From: an uncultured bacterium | GTDB taxonomy: Bacteria; Macinerneyibacteriota; Macinerneyibacteria; Macinerneyibacteriales; CAYRFE01 | Direction: 5' to 3' | DNA: 59,681 nt | Assembly (NCBI GenBank): GCA_964539615.1 | Contig: CAZIJP010000002.1 | Location: 1 to 59,681, forward strand | Part shown: piece after piece, positions 54,727-59,681 of the stretch | How the letters are laid out: each line of letters begins with the position of its first letter | Position numbering within the stretch: position 1 is the stretch's first letter | Notes under the pieces: generated by a model | Seen by the model: only the letters and a program-made list of their open reading frames with translations | Database searches by the model: none | What the model was told of the DNA's origin: nothing | Translations under genes and position numbers: made by a program

Positions 54727-56312
54727 AAAAGAAAGTTATCTTATTTTCTTTTATTTTGATTATTGCCGTTTTTATTACTGGTATTGCTGCATATTATTTA
54801 TTATTCTCTATGCTTAGAAAAGATATGCAGCGTACGTTAGAAAGAAATATTCAATTACTATCGGTTTACAATGAAACTGATCAAGAATTTTTGTTAAAAA
54901 AAATGATTAGTTTACGCTATATTACCTCTGCCTATGATAAAACAACCGAGCAGTTTATTGGTCCACCGCTTTATGAAATGAAAATGTTAGACAAGGATAT
55001 ATATGGAAATTCTCCAAGAACAATCGGTCAAAAAATTTACATGTCTTTTCACGGGCATCATGACTATTTACTTGCTTATTCTTTTGATGATTACTTAATG
55101 TCGGATATCTATTTAAGATTTCTCATACCATTCTATGCAATCATTATAATTTTGATGGCTTATATGTATTACGTTTCATATGTCATATTTATTAGACCGG
55201 TTAGTGTGATTACACAATCAACAAAGCGTATCGCCGAGGGTGATTTCAATGTGTTGGTTCCGATTGAAGGTGTGGATGAGATACAGACATTGGCACATCA
55301 TTTCAATATTATGGCTGGTCGTATCCGTGATTCGTTCCAGATTTTACATTTTGTGATCGATAACCTTCAAGTAGGTTTCGTTTTTTTCACCGGGAATGGT
55401 GCTATTGTTTTATCGAATACCATTGCAGCCCAAATGTATGGTGCATCTCTAGAAGGAAAAAATATATTTGATTTGTTCCCATTTATGTCGGATAAGAGTA
55501 AAGTACGTAAATTCGGTGAAAATGAGTATTTTTCACAAACATTATTTTCAAAGAATGGCACTCCGTTATTGACGGATTTCGTTTACACATCTCTTGAACT
55601 GGAACATGAAAAAGGAGCAATGCTAATCATGCAACGCCGCGAAGAATTACTAGCGAAGGATAATATTGATGCTAAGACGATAAAAGTGTTGTCCTCGGTT
55701 GTTGCACATGAGATAAAAAATCCTCTTAATGTGATCGCCATGATAATACAAATATTACGGAAACAATATGCTGATGATCAAAAATGGGACGATATTGTTG
55801 AACAGATCAATTACATCAATACTGTTGCTGCAAATATTGGTTTAATGATTGACTATAAGCCTGAAATTATTGAATTACGATCTGCTATACTAGAAATGAT
55901 GTCTGTTTGGAAACCTATTTTTAACGCATCGGGTGTAACTGTAGACTTGAATATTTCCGATTCCGATATCGTATATTTCGATCGATTTAAGTTGAAGATT
56001 ATAATTGATAATATAATAAAAAATGCATTGGAGGAAAGTAAAGGCGATCTGCAATTAACACTTGATGTCACTTCCTCGGAAGCGTATACTTACCTAAGTA
56101 TAATTGATAATGGCAACGGATTTGATGCTCAAGAATTGTCAAAAGTGATACAAAGCGGATATTCGAAAAAAGAACGAGGTAGCGGAATGGGCTTGTTTAT
56201 CATCCGTTTGCTTTTGGCTTTGGGGTCTGCAATGATTGAAATAAAAAGCGAAAAAGGAAAACAAACAAGGATAACAATGAGGTTCATGCGAAATGAAATT
56301 ATTGATAGTTGA
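54723..56312 (+). CDS. Sensor histidine kinase (2 TM + HAMP + PAS-like + HisKA/HATPase)
   Basis: 529 aa. TM helices 'ILFSFILIIAVFITGIAAYYLLF' and 'FLIPFYAIIIILMAYMYYVSYVIF'. HAMP 'IRPVSVITQSTKRIAEGDFNV'. H-box 'VAHEIKNPLNVI'. 'IIKNALEES', 'DNGNGF', 'GSGMGLFIIRLL'. ATGA overlap with the upstream gene. Confidence 0.88.
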   Translation: MKKKVILFSFILIIAVFITGIAAYYLLFSMLRKDMQRTLERNIQLLSVYNETDQEFLLKKMISLRYITSAYDKTTEQFIGPPLYEMKMLDKDIYGNSPRTIGQKIYMSFHGHHDYLLAYSFDDYLMSDIYLRFLIPFYAIIIILMAYMYYVSYVIFIRPVSVITQSTKRIAEGDFNVLVPIEGVDEIQTLAHHFNIMAGRIRDSFQILHFVIDNLQVGFVFFTGNGAIVLSNTIAAQMYGASLEGKNIFDLFPFMSDKSKVRKFGENEYFSQTLFSKNGTPLLTDFVYTSLELEHEKGAMLIMQRREELLAKDNIDAKTIKVLSSVVAHEIKNPLNVIAMIIQILRKQYADDQKWDDIVEQINYINTVAANIGLMIDYKPEIIELRSAILEMMSVWKPIFNASGVTVDLNISDSDIVYFDRFKLKIIIDNIIKNALEESKGDLQLTLDVTSSEAYTYLSIIDNGNGFDAQELSKVIQSGYSKKERGSGMGLFIIRLLLALGSAMIEIKSEKGKQTRITMRFMRNEIIDS

Positions 56313-57585
56313 AGATGAGCCGATTCAAAGAAATTATTTAAAAGAGTTATTGATTGGTGCAGGGCATACTGTTTTAGAAGCCGATGACGGAGAGTCGGCG
56401 ATAGAAATCTTATCACGTCATTCCATTGATGTTATCATCACCGATTATAAATTGAAGAAAATGAACGGGATGCTTTTAATCCAATATGTGAAAAAAAATG
56501 CAATTCCGTCCGATATTATCATGTTGACGGCTTTTTCAAATACTCAAGATGCAATATTTGCTATGAAGATCGGCGCTTACGATTATCTTACTAAACCGTT
56601 GAATTTTGACGAACTTGAATTGTTGCTGTTACGAATTCAGCAAAAAAAAGAATTGGAAAGTCAGGTAGAGGGATTTGAGACCGCTCAATCGACAGATAAA
56701 AAAATGATCTATGTTTCGAATACAATGCGTGATGTTATTGATAATGCCAAAAAAGCTGCGGAGGCTGATGTTACAATACTCATTTCCGGCGAAAGCGGTA
56801 CAGGCAAGGAATTGCTGGCAGACTTTATTCATCGAGAAAGTACCAGGCGCAATCAACCCTTTGTAAAAGTTTTTTGTGCTGCATTACCTGAAAATCTGAT
56901 TGAGTCAGAATTATTCGGATATAAAAAAGGCGCTTTCACCGGAGCTGATAAGGATTACAAAGGGAAATTTGAGGCCGCCCATAGAGGATCAATTTTACTG
57001 GATGAGGTGACAGAGATTTCTCTTGCAACACAGGTAAAATTACTGCGGGTTGTCCAAGAAAAAGAGATATCTCGTTTAGGTGAAGTGTTATCTCGACCTA
57101 TAGACGTAAGGATAATAGCCGCAACGAACAGACAGATAATCCAAGAGGTCGGTAATGGAAAATTCAGAGAAGATCTGTACTATCGATTAAATGTGTATCC
57201 TATTCATATCCCTCCGTTACGCGATAGAAAACAAGATATTCAACCATTAATTGATCATTTTTTGCATATAATGAATAAAAAATATAATAAAAATGTTGTT
57301 TTATCATCAATAGAAAATGATTTGCTGATAAATTATGATTGGCCGGGGAATATTCGCGAATTGGAAAATATAATTACCAATATAGTTATAAGCGGTTCCA
57401 TACAAATTCTAACGTCTTTGAAAAATCATAGTGCAATGAATATGGTCCTCGAAAAGCAAGAGAAAAAAGCTATTGAAGAAACTTTACTTTTAACAAATGG
57501 TAATCAGACAAAAACAGCACAAATATTAGGTATTCATCGTAATACATTATTGAGAAAAATTAAAGCATATAATATAAAAACTTGA
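56293..57585 (+). CDS. Sigma54-dependent response regulator (NtrC/PilR-like)
   Basis: 430 aa. REC 'LLIVEDE...VIITDYKL'. AAA+ 'GESGTGKELLADFIH', 'KKGAFTGAD', 'ILLDEV', 'WPGNIRELEN'. Fis-type HTH 'TKTAQILGIHRNTLLRKIK'. Overlaps the kinase gene by 20 nt. Confidence 0.92.
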   Translation: MKLLIVEDEPIQRNYLKELLIGAGHTVLEADDGESAIEILSRHSIDVIITDYKLKKMNGMLLIQYVKKNAIPSDIIMLTAFSNTQDAIFAMKIGAYDYLTKPLNFDELELLLLRIQQKKELESQVEGFETAQSTDKKMIYVSNTMRDVIDNAKKAAEADVTILISGESGTGKELLADFIHRESTRRNQPFVKVFCAALPENLIESELFGYKKGAFTGADKDYKGKFEAAHRGSILLDEVTEISLATQVKLLRVVQEKEISRLGEVLSRPIDVRIIAATNRQIIQEVGNGKFREDLYYRLNVYPIHIPPLRDRKQDIQPLIDHFLHIMNKKYNKNVVLSSIENDLLINYDWPGNIRELENIITNIVISGSIQILTSLKNHSAMNMVLEKQEKKAIEETLLLTNGNQTKTAQILGIHRNTLLRKIKAYNIKT

Positions 57586-57609
57586 CATTTTATGGAAATA
57601 TGCTATCCT
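57582..57609 (+). promoter_or_regulatory. Sigma70-like promoter with an extended -10 element (TTGACA-16 nt-[TGc]TATCCT) upstream of pilM
   Basis: TTGACA at 57582-57587 overlaps the regulator's TGA stop. TGCTATCCT at 57601-57609. AGGAGG RBS and ATG at 57630. Confidence 0.45.
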
Positions 57610-57629
57610 AGTTGAAACTAGGAGGTATT

Positions 57630-58637
57630 ATGAAGCAGCTCGTTGGCTTGGATATCGGTGCTAACAGCATCAAAGCCATGGAACTTCGTCTGACATCCAA
57701 AGGTGTCGAAGTGACAAATTTTGGCTACGGACTGCTTTCACGTGAAAGCATAGTTGAAGGTGAGATCATTGATGCTAACCTTATTGAATCAACGATAAGC
57801 AGTATTTTTGCAAATCGAAAAATAAAAAATAAAAATGTATCGATACCTATTTCTGGACGCCATTTAATCAACAAGACCGTTCAAATAGATGCAACCGGTC
57901 GTGATAAAGTTATAGCATCACTTGGTTGGGAATTGCCAAACTATATTCCTTTTGAACCGACGGATATTTATTCGGATTTTGCGATCCTTGGTGAGAGTGC
58001 AGGAAAAACCGATGTTCTGATCGTAGCGGCAAAGCGCGAGATAGTTAACGCTCGTGTTAATCTGTTAAAGAGCTTGGGGTTAAGTCCGCTTGTCGTTGAT
58101 ACGTCGGCATTGGCAATTCAGAATGTTTACGAAGCCTTGGTTGCTCCAACGAGCGGAACGGTTTTGTTCGCTGACGTTGGGTCTGAGAAAACGAGTTTGA
58201 ATATCACTGTTGATGGTATACCCAAGTTCATTAGAGAGATCAATTATGGCGGAAGGCATTATACGGATGCCATCGCGAAGGGTTTGGGAATGAATTATGA
58301 TGCCGCAGATCGAGTGAAATTGGGGAAAGAAACTGCAAATGTTGATATTATGCCATTTGTCGAAGAGGTCAATACGAATATCGGCAATGAAATTATGCGT
58401 TCGATTGACTATGTGAAAATGAACACACAGGTCATAATCAACCGTGTCGTTGTGACCGGAGGCGGCGCATTGTCTCAGGGGCTGACGCAGTCGTTATCAT
58501 CGCTGCTGGGTGTTGATGTGGAATTATTCAATCCTGTAAAATACATGAAAGCACCTCCTGCGCTTATGGGAGATCTTGAACAACTTGGCCCTGCTTTGAC
58601 CGTTGTTGTAGGTCTTGCGATGAGGAAGGTGAAGTAA
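57630..58637 (+). CDS. pilM: Type IV pilus assembly protein PilM
   Basis: 'MKQLVGLDIGANSIKAMEL', 'VVDTSALAIQN', 'VVVTGGGA' (actin-like ATPase fold). ATG 57630 follows AGGAGG. The track start TTG 57612 is in the same frame. Confidence 0.9.
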   Translation: MKQLVGLDIGANSIKAMELRLTSKGVEVTNFGYGLLSRESIVEGEIIDANLIESTISSIFANRKIKNKNVSIPISGRHLINKTVQIDATGRDKVIASLGWELPNYIPFEPTDIYSDFAILGESAGKTDVLIVAAKREIVNARVNLLKSLGLSPLVVDTSALAIQNVYEALVAPTSGTVLFADVGSEKTSLNITVDGIPKFIREINYGGRHYTDAIAKGLGMNYDAADRVKLGKETANVDIMPFVEEVNTNIGNEIMRSIDYVKMNTQVIINRVVVTGGGALSQGLTQSLSSLLGVDVELFNPVKYMKAPPALMGDLEQLGPALTVVVGLAMRKVK

Positions 58638-58638
58638 T

Positions 58639-59214
58639 ATGATTGAGATTAACCTACTCCCGAAAGAAGAGCGACGTGAGCGAGCGAAAGTTCCTATATT
58701 AGGCACTGTAGTTATTTTGGGTTTTGCTGCATTGTTGTTTTTTTTAGGAACCATGTATATTGCAAAGACTCGAAAAATAAGCAATTTGAACAAGGAAAAG
58801 GTTGATTTAGATTCAAAGATCAATAAGCCTGAATATAAAACGCTTGATGCTACGGTAAAAACTCTTGAAGCGCAATTAGCGGAGATACAGAATAAAGTTG
58901 CTGTTCTTGACAGGCTTCAAAAGGGACGAACTTTTACACCAAAATTACTTGAGACGATTCTTTTGAAATTACCTGAGGATATATGGCTGGATTCATTGTC
59001 GTTAAAGGGCAATGTCTTGCTTTTAAGCGGAACAAGCAGAAATAATTTTCTTATTTCTGATTTTGCTGAAAGTTTGGAGATACCGGATTTTATTGATAAG
59101 GCTACTATTGATAGTGTTTCTGAAGCCAAGATAAATACCGGGAAAGAAGAGAAGAGTTTTTCGAAATTTTCAATTACCTGTTTAATTAACAAGTCATATA
59201 AAGAAGGAAAATAG
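58639..59214 (+). CDS. pilN: Type IV pilus assembly protein PilN
   Basis: 191 aa. Canonical 'MIEINLLPKEERRE', then TM 'ILGTVVILGFAALLFFLGTMYI', a coiled coil and a periplasmic domain. Starts 1 nt after the pilM stop. Confidence 0.85.
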   Translation: MIEINLLPKEERRERAKVPILGTVVILGFAALLFFLGTMYIAKTRKISNLNKEKVDLDSKINKPEYKTLDATVKTLEAQLAEIQNKVAVLDRLQKGRTFTPKLLETILLKLPEDIWLDSLSLKGNVLLLSGTSRNNFLISDFAESLEIPDFIDKATIDSVSEAKINTGKEEKSFSKFSITCLINKSYKEGK

Positions 59215-59226
59215 AAGAGGTGAAGA

Positions 59227-59681
59227 ATGGCAGAAAAATTTGATATCAATGATCCTAAAAATAAGAATATTATAATTGTAACATTTTTGGCCATTTTTCT
59301 CGTTGTCGGTTTTTATTATTTTTTACTTGCGCCAAAAGATGCCGTTATAAAACAATTGGAGACCGATGTTAGTACGAAAAAAACTGAGCTTGCCAGGTTA
59401 ATACAATTACAAAGCCGTGTTGTTGAGTTGCAGGCCGATATTGAAAATAATAATGCTAGAATTGAAGCTGCTAAGAAATTATTACCTACTTCACAGGAGT
59501 TGCCGAAATTATTGCGGGATATATCCTATGCTTCGCAAAGCGCGGATCTATCTCTTGAAAATTTCCGTCCGGGTTCATTGACTTCTAAGGGCGATTATTT
59601 TGAATTTCCTTTGGATTTAACTTTGAAAGGTAATTTTCACTCTTTGGGATATTTTTTATCTAATCTAAGTCTTTTACCGAG
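59227..59681 (+). CDS. pilO: Type IV pilus assembly protein PilO (3' end lies outside the window; absent from the ORF track)
   Basis: ATG 59227 follows GAGGTGAAG. My own translation reads 'MAEKFDINDPKNKNIIIVTFLAIFLVVGFYYFLLAPKDAVIKQLETDVSTKKTELARL...LLPTSQELPKLLRDIS...FEFPLDLTLKGNFHSLGYFL'. This is a TM segment, a coiled coil and PilO-like C-terminal motifs. The frame is open to the window end. Confidence 0.75.
   Translation, partial: MAEKFDINDPKNKNIIIVTFLAIFLVVGFYYFLLAPKDAVIKQLETDVSTKKTELARLIQLQSRVVELQADIENNNARIEAAKKLLPTSQELPKLLRDISYASQSADLSLENFRPGSLTSKGDYFEFPLDLTLKGNFHSLGYFLSNLSLLP

Noticed and set aside
46820-57585. This block looks more AT-rich by eye (spot counts of about 33% against about 43% GC elsewhere), suggesting a horizontally acquired island.
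   Set aside because: The genes are rich in membrane helices (Phe, Ile, Leu and Lys codons). I found no flanking tRNA, integrase, direct repeats or strand switch. I cannot compute composition rigorously, so there is not enough evidence.
58738-58745. T8 homopolymer inside pilN (with similar T8 runs in pgpH near 32200 and in HK1 near 48400) as a possible phase-variation switch.
   Set aside because: Eight-nucleotide A/T runs are expected by chance in AT-rich membrane-protein codons (Phe/Leu). They are shorter than typical contingency-locus tracts, and there is no supporting evidence.
1-59681. Search for CRISPR arrays, IS elements or transposases, integrases, prophage genes, toxin-antitoxin pairs, restriction-modification or other known defence systems, and rRNA or other structured ncRNAs.
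   Set aside because: No spaced direct repeats were seen. No DDE, tyrosine- or serine-recombinase, or phage-like motifs appear in any ORF. Intergenic gaps are all 233 nt or shorter and are accounted for by promoters, terminators and one tRNA.

Overview
59.7-kb bacterial chromosomal segment, roughly 40% GC by eye. Every gene I can support (about 50 CDS plus one tRNA) is on the + strand, and many junctions are stop/start overlaps. The backbone is housekeeping operons: ligA (3' part), a GT4 glycosyltransferase, efp, secDF, recJ, yceD-rpmF-fabHDG-acpP-fabF-rnc, trpS, tRNA-Pro(CGG), hisS-aspS, pgpH-ybeY-dgkA-corC-era, and mltG plus a U32 peptidase. This gene order resembles Firmicutes. However, one protein carries a T9SS (Por) C-terminal sorting domain, which suggests an FCB-superphylum-like lineage, and a TM1266-like regulator is weakly consistent with an anaerobe. 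Both taxonomic points are inference only. Three non-housekeeping blocks are interleaved with the backbone. (1) 2.0-10.9 kb: one apparent operon encoding a TPR + acidic disordered protein, an orphan Roadblock/LC7 (MglB-like) protein, EF-P, PilT, a 1139-aa TPR/acidic/coiled-coil protein and an ExeA/MshM-like AAA+ ATPase. I read this as a candidate type IV pilus polarity/scaffold module. (2) 36.7-44.6 kb: wedged between era and mltG are a 1264-aa all-alpha TPR-like solenoid, a Cys4 + coiled-coil + TPR protein, and a ClpA/B-like double-AAA+ protein whose Walker A motifs are degenerate. (3) 47.1-59.7 kb: two tandem sensor kinase / sigma54-activator pairs, all overlapping, bracket a T9SS-targeted M6-like protein whose HExxH site reads YTFGQ. 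These are followed by pilM-pilN-pilO, which runs off the window. I saw no rRNA, CRISPR array, transposase or integrase, phage gene, or recognisable defence or toxin gene. All functional calls come from motif recognition in the translations; no database search was possible.
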